A DNA stretch of 64,000 nucleotides from Candidatus Poribacteria bacterium (lineage in GTDB: Bacteria > Poribacteria > WGA-4E > GCA-2687025): assembly GCA_963665845.2 (NCBI GenBank), contig OY762492.1:2400001-2464000 (forward strand). The letters are read 5' to 3'. Under the pieces are notes generated by a model. The model was not told the origin of the DNA and searched no databases. It saw nothing but the letters and a program-made list of their open reading frames with translations. The number at the start of each line of letters is the position of its first letter. The first letter of the stretch is position 1. Shown here piece by piece: positions 38,958 through 48,554 of this stretch. A program made the translations under genes and the position numbers.

Positions 38958-39593
38958 TCATTGCCCAATTTCGAGCAGCGTATAGATTTTTGGCGTGACG
39001 CCGCCTAAATAGGTCAAGACTTCGTCGGCTGTTTCTGACAAATTCGGGTCTCTCTCCATCTCGTCAAATCTCTTTCCTGTTTCCATAAACCGCTCGCGCA
39101 GTTTGGCGATACGCTCTTGGCGCGAAAGGTTTTGTTGACGCGATTCCGCATCGATACGGGCAAGATCGGCGCCTAGATCGGCGAACATGTCCGCGACCGC
39201 CGCCGCGAATGCGGAACCAGGAAACTTGTCGTTGAGATCGCGCGCGAGCTGGTCAAGCTCTTGGACCGCCTCTTGAAGCTGAACCGCGAACTCGTCTAGG
39301 GCGTCCGCTTCAGGGGCGTCGGATTCGCCGCCGCTGTCGGACGGGGCGGGGGACTCTTCCGCCTCGGCGTCATCAGAGACGGGAGCCTCTTCCTGGCGCT
39401 CTGGGGCGGAAGTTTCGTCGGGCGCTCGCGTCGGCGTTTCAGCAGGCTGCCGCTCAATGGGCGGCGACTGTTCCTCTATAGAGAGGCCGTTTTCAACCTC
39501 GTCTCCAGAACCGCCTGCCATGACGAAGTAGAGAACAACGAAGGCGGCTAAAACAGCAGCCGCTAAGACGGCGAGAAGGACATTCAGGCGCAT
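38958..39593 (-). CDS. Helical-domain family, class II (N-terminal TM + acidic linker + one domain)
   Basis: MRLNVLLAVLAAAVLAAFVVLYF; ENGLSIEEQSP; DEFAVQLQEAV; ERIAKLR; PKIYTLL. Confidence 0.8.
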   Translation of the reverse strand: MRLNVLLAVLAAAVLAAFVVLYFVMAGGSGDEVENGLSIEEQSPPIERQPAETPTRAPDETSAPERQEEAPVSDDAEAEESPAPSDSGGESDAPEADALDEFAVQLQEAVQELDQLARDLNDKFPGSAFAAAVADMFADLGADLARIDAESRQQNLSRQERIAKLRERFMETGKRFDEMERDPNLSETADEVLTYLGGVTPKIYTLLEIGQ

Positions 39594-39614
39594 TCTGTTT
39601 TCCTTTCTCGTCGG

Positions 39615-40271
39615 TTATAAACCGAGCAGCTGCGTCAGTTTTTGCGGCAGATTCGAGTTGATGTATTGCTCAACCGCTTTCTCGTCTTCGCTCACCGGAT
39701 CAATTCCCGCCATCTTCGACTCCATTTCTCTTTCAAATCGCGTAACGTATTCCTCACCCCGCTGTTTCAGCTTGGCGATGCGCGCTTCCCTTGTCAGGCT
39801 TTGACTGCTCAATTCAGCGTCGTACCGCATCAGCATGGAACCAAAATCGGTGTAAAAATCAGCAATGACTTCGGCAAACTTGGAATTTGGAAACCTGTCG
39901 AGCATCGTTTGCACAATATCGTTCATCTCATCGACTCCCTCTTGAAGCTCAATCGTGAACGGGTCTTGCGCGGCGGTTTGCGGAGCGTCGGGCTGCGCCG
40001 CGCCGGCGCTCTCCTCAATTTCAGACGGGGCGGCAGATTCTTCAGCCTCTTCAGAAACGACAGCCTCCTCTTGACGCTCCGGCTCTGGAGTTTTGTCGGC
40101 GGTTTGCGTCGGCTCCTCTGCAGGTTTCTGTTCAATGATGGGCGACTGCTCTTCTATGGAGAGGCCGTTTTCAACCTCGTCGCTGGAGCCGCCGGACATG
40201 ACAAAGTAAAGAACGACGAAGGCGGCTAATACAGCCGCCGCTAATACAGCGAGAAGGACATTCATGCGCAT
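39615..40271 (-). CDS. Helical-domain family, class II
   Basis: Same architecture; DPFTIELQEGV; PQKLTQLLG. Confidence 0.8.
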   Translation of the reverse strand: MRMNVLLAVLAAAVLAAFVVLYFVMSGGSSDEVENGLSIEEQSPIIEQKPAEEPTQTADKTPEPERQEEAVVSEEAEESAAPSEIEESAGAAQPDAPQTAAQDPFTIELQEGVDEMNDIVQTMLDRFPNSKFAEVIADFYTDFGSMLMRYDAELSSQSLTREARIAKLKQRGEEYVTRFEREMESKMAGIDPVSEDEKAVEQYINSNLPQKLTQLLGL

Positions 40272-40312
40272 TGCGTTTTCCTTTCATGCGCGGTTGAGTT
40301 GAGGCGCGGCGG

Positions 40313-40975
40313 TCACCAATCGAGGCCAAGCAGCGTTGTGAGCTTCGTCGGCATGTTCGCCTCCCCCCAACTCTCTAATTCCTCCATGGACGCCGCCAGC
40401 GCCGGATCGTCCAGATCAAAATCTGGCTCTTCGACTTGATTGCTGATCTGTTCGGCGCGCTCTTTCAGTTTCGCAATCCGCTCCTCTCTTGTCAAGTTTT
40501 GGCTCAGCAGCTGCTCGTCGTAGCGGGTCAGCTCGTCCGAGAGGCGGGCGACCACATTTGCAACAAACATGCTCATCGGATTGTTTGGAAATCGCGACCG
40601 CAAGGTGTCGGCAAATTCGGCAAACTCTTCGAGCGCGTCCTGAAGTTCGAGGGTGAGCGGGTCTTTCGGAGCGGCTTGCGGCGCGTCGGGCTGCGCCGCG
40701 CCGGCGCTTTCGGTGTCGTCGGACGAGGCGGTCGACTCTTCAGAGGCGGATTCTTCAAAAACGGGCGTTTCCTCTTGCCGCGTCGGCGCGGAGGTTTCAT
40801 CAGCGGTTTGCGTTGGCTCTTCGGCAGGTTTCTGTTCAATGATGGGCGACTGCTCTTCTACGGAGATGCCGTTTTCAGCCCCGCCGTTTGAGTCGCCGGT
40901 CATGACGAAGTAAAGAACGACGAAGGCTGCCAAGACTGCAGCCGCTAAGACAGCGAGAATGACGTTCAGACGCAT
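40313..40975 (-). CDS. Helical-domain family, class II
   Basis: DPLTLELQDAL; EERIAKLK; PTKLTTLLG. Confidence 0.8.
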   Translation of the reverse strand: MRLNVILAVLAAAVLAAFVVLYFVMTGDSNGGAENGISVEEQSPIIEQKPAEEPTQTADETSAPTRQEETPVFEESASEESTASSDDTESAGAAQPDAPQAAPKDPLTLELQDALEEFAEFADTLRSRFPNNPMSMFVANVVARLSDELTRYDEQLLSQNLTREERIAKLKERAEQISNQVEEPDFDLDDPALAASMEELESWGEANMPTKLTTLLGLDW

Positions 40976-40990
40976 GGCGGTTTCCTTTCT

Positions 40991-41656
40991 TTACTGGAGA
41001 GGCAATCCGAGAAGGGTGAACAGTTTGCGGGGCTGGTTGTTTTCAAAAAATTGATCGTACGCCTCCTTTTCTTCAGGGTCCATTTCTGCCATGATCGCGT
41101 TAACCTGCGGCGAGAGCCGGTTTGATGTCTCGTTGAGACGGGCGGCAAGTTTGGCGGCGCGTTCCGCGCGCTCCAAGTTTTGACCTTGCAGCTCCTCATT
41201 GTATTCCGCCACGCTGTCGACAACTTCGTTCATCAGCGCGGCGATGTCGGCTGCTCCCGGACCTGGATACGAGTCAACAAAACGCTGGGTCATCTCCTTA
41301 AACTCGCTGACAGCGTCCTGAAGTTCGAGGGTGAACGGATCTGGCGCGTCGGCTTGCGGGGCGTCGGGCTGCGCCGCGCCGGCGCTTTCGCTGTCGTCGG
41401 ACGGCGCGGCGGACTCGCTGTCGTTGACAGACTCATCCGAGACGGGCGTTTCCTCTTCCGCCTCAGGCGTCGGCGCTTCGTCGGCGGTTTGCTCTGGCGC
41501 ATCGTCAGCTTTCTGTTCAATGCGCGGCGATTGATCCTCTACAGCGAGGCCGTTTTCAGCCCCGTCGTTTGAACCGCCGGCGATGACGAAGTAAAGAACG
41601 GCGAAGGCGGTCAAGACAACCGCCGCCAAAACTGCTAACATAATGTTCAGACGCAT
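40991..41656 (-). CDS. Helical-domain family, class II
   Basis: Start at ATG 41656; domain closely matches the C-terminus of the sigma fusion 55700-56959. Confidence 0.8.
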   Translation of the reverse strand: MRLNIMLAVLAAVVLTAFAVLYFVIAGGSNDGAENGLAVEDQSPRIEQKADDAPEQTADEAPTPEAEEETPVSDESVNDSESAAPSDDSESAGAAQPDAPQADAPDPFTLELQDAVSEFKEMTQRFVDSYPGPGAADIAALMNEVVDSVAEYNEELQGQNLERAERAAKLAARLNETSNRLSPQVNAIMAEMDPEEKEAYDQFFENNQPRKLFTLLGLPLQ

Positions 41657-41788
41657 GCGTTTCTCCAATCGGTTTTGCTTACCGCATACACTATAACGTA
41701 GCGTCGGGAACGGTGTCAACCTTAATTTTGTCAAAGTCCGATTTTAACTCTGGACTTCGGAAGGGCGGATAGAGAAAGGATTTTAAAA

Positions 41789-42085
41789 ATGCAATCGCCA
41801 AAAGGCAAATCGGTCGCGTTCATCGACCCTGACAACTGCACTGGGTGCGAGGTCTGCCTCGAATTCCGCCCAACCGACCCGAAGAACCGACCCGAACTGC
41901 TCGCATGCATCCTTTTAGAAAAAGGCACCCTCTCCCAACTGAACGGCATCTGCGTCATTGACCAGATCGCCTGCGTCGGCTGCACGCAGTGCGTCCAGTA
42001 CTGCCCTTGGGAAGCGATCCAGATGGTGTATCAGGACGGGACGATTCAGCCGACGGTTCAGGCGGTCGGTTACCTGAAAGCCTAG
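41789..42085 (+). CDS. 4Fe-4S dicluster ferredoxin-like protein
   Basis: CTGCEVC and CVGCTQCVQYCP motifs. Confidence 0.85.
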   Translation: MQSPKGKSVAFIDPDNCTGCEVCLEFRPTDPKNRPELLACILLEKGTLSQLNGICVIDQIACVGCTQCVQYCPWEAIQMVYQDGTIQPTVQAVGYLKA

Positions 42086-42906
42086 TCTCCCGGTTTTTGC
42101 GCGGCGACGCACAGATGCGGCGAATAACGCGGCGCGAGCCAGCCCATCAGCCTCCCCTTCCAGCTGACCGGCGCTGTCAACGCGAGCAGTTTCCAGCCCT
42201 GCTGTTCAAACCAACGCTCCAGATCGACCGTTGCGGAGATGTAGGCGCTGTCCGCGTCTCCCCCGACCGCTTTTCCCTCTAAAACAGGCTCGCGGTAGAG
42301 AAACAAGGGCTTTTCATTGCGCCGCGCCGCCCGTTTTTTAGCGCGTATCGTCCGCGCGTTTTGCCATATTTTTTGAAGCGCGTCCCGCTTGGAACTTGTC
42401 CATATGTAAGGAATATCGCGCCGGCGCAGCCGATGCGCAAGTTCGCGCAGCGGTATGAACGGCGAGCAAAGGTTCGGTCCGGCAATCAGAACGCGCCCGC
42501 CCGGCGCCGTCACGCGCGCCATTTCGTTCAGCGCCGCTTCGGCGTCCGCCGTGTGTTCGATATACTCGTTTGAGCAGACCGCGTCGAACTCTCCGTCCGG
42601 AAAGGGGAGCTGCAAGCCGTCCGCCGCGGCGTAGGCGAGCTTGTCTGTTTGCCATTCCGCCGCCTTTGAAAGAAACAGCGGCGAAATCTCCGCGCAGACC
42701 ATCTTCAGCCCCGCCTGCTGAAGCATCCGCGCGGCGACCCCGTTTCCCCCGCCAATCTCCAGCGCGCGCGACTGCGGCGGAATAAACCGAAGAACAGCGT
42801 TCACATAGGCGGCTAAAAACTGCTCGTCATGCGCCTCCAGCAGCGCAAGATACTCGGTCGATCCGCCGTAAAACTCGCGCATCCGTTCGCGCAGATTGCC
42901 GCTCAT
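42082..42906 (-). CDS. Class I SAM-dependent methyltransferase
   Basis: LEIGGGNG, ADG..LPFPDGEFD, IEH and EMARV..PGG. Confidence 0.88.
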   Translation of the reverse strand: MSGNLRERMREFYGGSTEYLALLEAHDEQFLAAYVNAVLRFIPPQSRALEIGGGNGVAARMLQQAGLKMVCAEISPLFLSKAAEWQTDKLAYAAADGLQLPFPDGEFDAVCSNEYIEHTADAEAALNEMARVTAPGGRVLIAGPNLCSPFIPLRELAHRLRRRDIPYIWTSSKRDALQKIWQNARTIRAKKRAARRNEKPLFLYREPVLEGKAVGGDADSAYISATVDLERWFEQQGWKLLALTAPVSWKGRLMGWLAPRYSPHLCVAAQKPGD

Positions 42907-43895
42907 GCGCCCCCTTGCGGGACGACGTTTAAGACCTCGGCGATCTCGCCCGTTCGGAGCGATTCGTTCGCGGCGAGCGTCAGCGCAAGACTCTTCAGCC
43001 CGTCCTCATAGTCGGAGCGGATTAGGTATGTCTCGCCGTCCCGAACCGCCCTGACGAACCGCTCCACCTGGATGTAGTAGCCGCTTTCTTTAGCGCTGAA
43101 CTGGATCGCCTCGCCGTCCGCGTGTCCGCTCATATGGTTGGCGCCGTAGTCCAGGTTCAGATGGAAGCCGGCGCCGATGAGCCGCAGTGTGTAGCCGCCT
43201 CCGCCGGGCGAGATGGAGCTGTTGACGATGTTGGCGCACGTTCTGCCGCCGTCCGGGTTGTCAAAAAGTATGTTGACGACCGCCGAGTCCTCAAAGTCGA
43301 TGGCGGGGTTCTGATCAGAGACGCCCCAGGCGTGGACGCGCAGCGCCTCGCCGCAGAAATACCGCGCGGCGTCATAGATATGCGTTGCCTGTTCGACGAT
43401 CTGCCCGCCCGATTCTTCATAGACGCGCCACCAAGGAGTTCCGGGCGTGCCGACAAGCGTCGTCCCGGCGGCAAGCCCGACTTTCCGCTCGCCGATGATC
43501 TCCGCCGCCTTGTCGGTCAGGTCGGAATGGCGCCACATGTAGCCGACGTTCGTGATGACGCCCGCCTTTTGAACCGCTTCCAGAACGCGCAGCGAATGTT
43601 CAAACGAGATGCCGACCGGCTTCGCGATGAACAGGTGAACGCCCTTTTCGGCGGCAAGTATCTCCTGATCGGTATGCGCGAAGGGCGGAATGCAGACGAA
43701 CAGCGCGTCCAGCTCTTCGTTGTCAAGCATGCGCCGGTGGTCGGCGTATGCGTTCGCGTTGAAACGCTCTTTAGCGGCGTTGGCGCGGTCGGGGTTGATG
43801 TCGCAGACGGCGGAGACGCGCGTCCCGTCGATGCGGTCTAGGCTGTTGAGATAGTTGCCGGCGATGCCGCCGAGGCCGATGAATCCGATGTTCAT
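42903..43895 (-). CDS. Gfo/Idh/MocA family oxidoreductase
   Basis: IGFIGLGGIA, IPPFAH, FIAKP and SGGQIVEQATH.YD. Confidence 0.9.
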   Translation of the reverse strand: MNIGFIGLGGIAGNYLNSLDRIDGTRVSAVCDINPDRANAAKERFNANAYADHRRMLDNEELDALFVCIPPFAHTDQEILAAEKGVHLFIAKPVGISFEHSLRVLEAVQKAGVITNVGYMWRHSDLTDKAAEIIGERKVGLAAGTTLVGTPGTPWWRVYEESGGQIVEQATHIYDAARYFCGEALRVHAWGVSDQNPAIDFEDSAVVNILFDNPDGGRTCANIVNSSISPGGGGYTLRLIGAGFHLNLDYGANHMSGHADGEAIQFSAKESGYYIQVERFVRAVRDGETYLIRSDYEDGLKSLALTLAANESLRTGEIAEVLNVVPQGGA

Positions 43896-45094
43896 GAGAT
43901 GTCTTTCGCGTTGGATGTCAGCGTTTCGTTTCGATAAACCGTTTCTCCGTTCAGGATCGTTTCAAGGAGGCGCGCTTGCGCGTTCGGCGCGTCCCATTCG
44001 ATGATCGTCAAGTTTGCGGAGTTTCCCGCTTCAAGCGCGCCCGCGCGCCTGTTCAGAAGGCGCATCGGGTTCGTTGAGGCAAGCTGCGCCGCTTCGTTCA
44101 GCGTTAAGCCCGCATACCGCACAGCGTTTTCCACCCCTCGCAGCAGCGGCAGGGCGGCTCCCGCCAGATACGGCGTGTCGGCAAGCTGGACGCGCCCGTT
44201 CTCTAGTTTGTCAAGCGGCTGTCCGTCGGCGCCTTCATACCGACCGGGAGGCATGTCGGCGAGCCATACGGCGTCGCTGACAAGGATAGCGCGCTCCAGC
44301 GTCTTGGCGCGAATCATACAGCGGAGCGTTCTGGGCGGCAGATGATGCCCGTCCGCGATGAAGCTTGCCCATAGCCGGTCGTCGCCCAGCTGTTCCCAGA
44401 TGTAGTTTGGATGGCGCGGGAGAGCGGCATGGGCGCCGTTGCCGAGGTGGGTCGATAGTTTGGCTCCCGCTTCAACCGCCGCGTTCAGCTGCCGCGCGTC
44501 CGCCTTCGTATGTCCAACGGCAACGATGACGCCCTCGTCAACAACGCGCTCTATGAACTGCGGGGCGTTCCATTCGGGAGAGAGGGTGAGGATGCGTATC
44601 TTCCCCTCGGCGTCTTCTTGCCACTGCTGGAACTCGTCCCAGTCGGGCGGGCGGACATGCTGTTTGGGATGGGCGCCGCGCGGTCCGTCTTCGGGGGAGA
44701 TGTAGGGACCTTCGATGTGAATGCCGAGCAGCGAAGCGTCGAAGAGCGCGTCTTGATGGGCGGCGGCGCGGATCGTTTGGATCGACCTGCGCATGCGCTC
44801 GCGCGAGCCTGTGATGACGGTCGGGCAGAAGAGCGGCGCGCCGGACGCCCAGACGCGGCGCGCCATTTCAAGCAGCTGTTCAGGCTGGACGGTCGGGCTG
44901 TTGAGGTTGACGCCCGCGTATCCGTTGATCTGGATGTCGCAAAGGCCGGGGAGGATTCGCGTTCTGTTTTCTTTAGAGAGGGCGTCTTGCGGCGCCGGCG
45001 AGACGCGCGCGATGGTTCCGCCGCTCCATTCGACGCTGAGGGGCGCGCCGTTGGCGTCCTGCCCGACGCGCCGATGTGTTGTGTCGTTGTTCAT
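43892..45094 (-). CDS. nagA: N-acetylglucosamine-6-phosphate deacetylase
   Basis: PGLCDIQING, PTVIT, HIEGPYIS, GAH, VGHT, THLGNG, IADGHH and LAGA. Confidence 0.85.
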   Translation of the reverse strand: MNNDTTHRRVGQDANGAPLSVEWSGGTIARVSPAPQDALSKENRTRILPGLCDIQINGYAGVNLNSPTVQPEQLLEMARRVWASGAPLFCPTVITGSRERMRRSIQTIRAAAHQDALFDASLLGIHIEGPYISPEDGPRGAHPKQHVRPPDWDEFQQWQEDAEGKIRILTLSPEWNAPQFIERVVDEGVIVAVGHTKADARQLNAAVEAGAKLSTHLGNGAHAALPRHPNYIWEQLGDDRLWASFIADGHHLPPRTLRCMIRAKTLERAILVSDAVWLADMPPGRYEGADGQPLDKLENGRVQLADTPYLAGAALPLLRGVENAVRYAGLTLNEAAQLASTNPMRLLNRRAGALEAGNSANLTIIEWDAPNAQARLLETILNGETVYRNETLTSNAKDIS

Positions 45095-45753
45095 GCGTTC
45101 GGCTCATTTTGAGGGGGGCGGTCGATTTGGCGCAGACGATCTAAGGCGCGGGAGAGGCTGGGGGAGGCGTCCGCGGCGTTGTCGATGCGCCAATGGTTTT
45201 GGATGTAATCGCGCATGCATTCAATATAACCAAACCCAACTTCACGCTTTGGCTGGGGCATAAACGCCTTGCGTATTCCTGCGTCACTGGACTGACGCGC
45301 TATGCCTATAAGCGTTTTTTTCGGTTGGTCGATTTCATCGGGCTTTGTAGGAATACGGGCGGATGAAACGGATAAAAATTGCGCGATTTTTTCTTGATCA
45401 GCCATCAGCCATGCTTCCGTTGATCGAACGGCAATGTTGAAAATGAATTTGTCAGGCATGGGGACGGCAAGGCTCCAATCCGCTAGAAGTTCGGGGGCGC
45501 ATGTGTAGTTGCTCTCTAAATCGCATAGGAGAATAAACGATATGCCTCCTTTTTCCGCCGCATTCCTATATCGTTTTGCATTTAAACGAATCGAATCGCG
45601 TCCAGGAGCTTTTGTTTCGCGGTTTGGATTTTTACGAATCAACAGCGATTCCATGATGACGATCTCTGGGCAAGAATGGGCGATCAGCTGTCTGAGCGCA
45701 TCATCTTCAAGCTGACCTTCCGGCACGATCGTAACGTACATCCATTCTGTCAA
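45091..45753 (-). CDS. DUF4276-like protein (TOPRIM-like acidic motifs), partner of the ABC-type ATPase
   Basis: VPEG..ED, LCDLE, EAWLMAD, PDEI..PK and SPSL.R; coupled to the upstream ATPase. Confidence 0.6.
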   Translation of the reverse strand: MTEWMYVTIVPEGQLEDDALRQLIAHSCPEIVIMESLLIRKNPNRETKAPGRDSIRLNAKRYRNAAEKGGISFILLCDLESNYTCAPELLADWSLAVPMPDKFIFNIAVRSTEAWLMADQEKIAQFLSVSSARIPTKPDEIDQPKKTLIGIARQSSDAGIRKAFMPQPKREVGFGYIECMRDYIQNHWRIDNAADASPSLSRALDRLRQIDRPPQNEPNA

Positions 45754-46901
45754 TCAAGCGCGAATGTGAGTTGGCGGGCGTCTTTAGGAGCCGTGGTCGG
45801 GACGACCACTTCGCCTGCCGTTACTTTTTCATTCATGAGCGCATAGATATGCGGAATATCGTTTGTCATCTGGACGCATGTTCGCTCTTTTTCGGGTTGA
45901 AAAACAGCGACCTCGTTTGGGGCAATCCCTTCGTCCATCAACAGCGTTGCGCTGTGCGTACTGATCAAAACCTGGTTCAGCCCTCTCCGTTTTATTCTCA
46001 TGGATCGGGAGATGAGCTGGGGCAGATGTTGAACGACGCCTTCATGGAGTGACAGCTCCGGCTCCTCCATCAACAAAGGCCCTCGGCTGTCCAGAAGCGA
46101 CCAGAACAGCCCAATCAGCCGAAGCGTACCGTCCGAAAACTGCTCTTCGGTTTGGTTTGCGTCATGCATCCTCCAGTGCTTATACTTTGCTGCCAGATGC
46201 GGTATTCCCCGGTCGTCTCTCTCAATGCTTAAGTTCGTCAGTTGCGGCACAGTCGTTCGCAACGCCTCTTCGATACGTCGAAAACGCGCTTTTTGAGTTT
46301 TTTCGGGAGTTGCAGCCATACGCTCCAGCAATCCGTGCCCATACGCCTGAAACGCGGGGCTTTGAACAATCAGCTCGCGCGACCCGCGCACCACCTGCGG
46401 CACAAGGTGAAGGTAGGATATTTTCTCAAACGCCTCCGCAACCTCCCGAAACTTGGCGTTCGTCGATATCTGCTCTAAGTAGGTCTGTGACAAACGGGCG
46501 GGGTCGTCTTCGTCCTCCTTGTTCGGGCGGCGGCAGCGCTCCTCGCCGTTGAATAGAACGATCTCTTTAGTGATGATCGGCAAACGTTTTCCGCGCGGTT
46601 CTTGAGTGAGTTCAAGACGATACGACCATGCGTCTTGTCCAATCTGGATTTCAACCCCAATGCCGACGCGAGACGAACTTCGGGCGGAGAGACAGCGTAT
46701 TTTAGAGACGCCGCCGCGCATCTCGCACGCCGCGCGCAGCCCGCCGCCGGTCAGAACAAGATCGCGCAAAAAACGGATCGCGTCCAGGAAGTTGGACTTT
46801 CCGCTGGCGTTCGGACCGACCAGAAAGAGGCGCGGGCCGACCTTTATATCGATATTTTGAAAGTTTTTCCAGTTGCGCAGCTGAATGCGGGTGAAGCGCA
46901 T
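45750..46901 (-). CDS. SMC/ABC-type ATPase (AAA_21-like)
   Basis: L.NWKNF, Walker A GPNASGKSN, signature SDGT, Walker B LMEEPE..LH and QVLISTHS. Confidence 0.9.
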   Translation of the reverse strand: MRFTRIQLRNWKNFQNIDIKVGPRLFLVGPNASGKSNFLDAIRFLRDLVLTGGGLRAACEMRGGVSKIRCLSARSSSRVGIGVEIQIGQDAWSYRLELTQEPRGKRLPIITKEIVLFNGEERCRRPNKEDEDDPARLSQTYLEQISTNAKFREVAEAFEKISYLHLVPQVVRGSRELIVQSPAFQAYGHGLLERMAATPEKTQKARFRRIEEALRTTVPQLTNLSIERDDRGIPHLAAKYKHWRMHDANQTEEQFSDGTLRLIGLFWSLLDSRGPLLMEEPELSLHEGVVQHLPQLISRSMRIKRRGLNQVLISTHSATLLMDEGIAPNEVAVFQPEKERTCVQMTNDIPHIYALMNEKVTAGEVVVPTTAPKDARQLTFALD

Positions 46902-46937
46902 CGTTCTCCTCTATGGACGGCAGCGGGTTATAGAGGC

Positions 46938-46966
46938 ATGGTACGCTGTAGAGCGGCGGATGTCAA
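46938..46966 (-). promoter_or_regulatory. Sigma70-like promoter of the ATPase gene
   Basis: Minus strand TTGACA-N17-TACCAT. Confidence 0.6.
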
Positions 46967-47192
46967 ACGGCGGGAACTGACCTTTTAAATTGGGACATGT
47001 CGTCTGGCAAACGCGACAGTTTCTGCGGCGCCTCTAGATTCCCGTTTGCGCGGGAATGACGGCGGGTAGGATGACGGTTTCGGCGAATGCTGACAGTTTC
47101 TACGGCGCCTCTAGATTCCCGCTTGCGCGGGAATGACGGCTGGTGGGATAACAGCGGATAGGGCGCGGGGTCTCTAGACTCCCCCTTTTCAA

Positions 47193-48211
47193 GGGGATTA
47201 CTTACTTAGCTATCCTCGCGTTTCGCGCTAGTATACATGCTAGTCATGGCACAGGGAGCGATCCGATGCAGTTTAGCAGCATTTACGATTTATTCGAGCA
47301 GATTCCAAACGAGAAAGCAGCCGCGCGGTTCTTTGAGCAGCATCGCTGGCCGGACGGCAGATGCTGTCCCAAATGCGGCTCCAAACACGGCGCCCGTCAA
47401 AAATGCGAAACCGATGCCGTTCCGATGCCGAACTTGCCGCAAGCATTTTAGCGTCCGGACCGAAACCTTGATGGCAAACAGCAGGCTTGCGCTGCACAAG
47501 TGGGTCCTAGCGATTTACCTGATGCATACCTCGCGCATGGGCATCTCCAGCGTTGAGATGGCAAAGAAGATCGGAACGACGCAGAAGACAGTATGGTTCT
47601 TGTGCCATCGCATCCGAGCCGCGATGGAAAGTGACGACGAGATGCTGCGCGGCATCGTGAGGCGGACGAGACCTACATCGGCGGCAAGGAAAAAACAAGC
47701 GTTCCTCGAAACGGCTGCGCGTCGGAAGCGGAACCGGGGCAAGAAGCCCGTGATGGGCATGCGTCAAAGGAACGGTGAAATTCGGGCGTATCCACTGGAC
47801 AATATGAAAAAGAAAACGCTGCACGAGGCTGTAAGGGCGAATGTGGCGCCCGGGTCAACCCTTTATACCGACGCTCTCCCGACCTACAAGGGCATGCAGG
47901 AATACACGCATGCCGCTGTCTCGCATCAGAAAGGCGAGTATGTTCGCGGCGATGTTCACACCAACAGCATCGAGTCGTTCTGGGCCGTGTTAAAACGCGG
48001 ATACCGCGGGGTTTACCATTTCATGTCGTTTAAACATCTGGGTTTATATGTCAGCGAATTCATGTATCGATTCAATGTTGGCATCGACAACAGTCTGGAC
48101 ACTCTCGGCAAACTGATTCCGCGCATGGTCGGCAAGCGTCTCGCCTTTGCGGATCTGAAAGGAGAAGGCGGCGTAAAACGACAGCAAATGGCTATCTAGG
48201 AATATAGCCCC
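47193..48211 (+). mobile_element. IS1595-family insertion sequence, copy 2 (decayed)
   Basis: GGGG/CCCC ends; near-direct flanks CTTTTCAA / CTTTCAA; transposase motifs. Confidence 0.85.
47266..48199 (+). pseudogene. IS1595 transposase, frameshifted
   Basis: N-terminus (RWPDG..CPKCGS) is out of frame with the rest; the DETYIGG motif region is also shifted; HTNSIESFW intact. Confidence 0.85.
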
Positions 48212-48554
48212 CTTTCAAGGGGAGTCTAGAACCCGCGCCCTACCCGCCGTCATTCCCGCGCAAGCGGGAATCTTAAAGCATTGCAGCCGCCGCGCCCGCG
48301 GAAAACCCCCAGCCCCCCTTTTAAGGGGAGTCTAGAATCCGCGCCCTACCCGCCGTCATTCCCGCGCAAGCGGGAATCTTAAAGCACCGCAGAAGTCGCG
48401 CCCGCGGAAAACCCCCCCAGCCCCCCTTTTCAAGGGGAGTCTAGAATCCGCGCCCTACCCGCCGTCATTCCCGCGCAAGCGGGAATCCAGAGGCGGCGCA
48501 GAAAACGTCTGCCGTCGCATGCAGACATGTCCCAACTAAAGACTCAAGGTCAAA

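Larger units (their letters stand above)
46977..48553. mobile_element. Composite inverted structure: family A ends enclosing repeat arms and an IS1595
   Basis: CTGACC..TTGGGACAT at the left and ATGTCCCAACTAAAGACTCAAGGTCA at the right; ~115-bp tandem units at 48215-48490 are inverse to the left arm. Confidence 0.65.

Noticed and set aside
38958-41656. Lipase chaperone (Lif) assignment for class II proteins
   Set aside because: Only a superficial resemblance (N-terminal anchor, linker, helical LS.EER motif); no Lif signature or adjacent lipase was seen.
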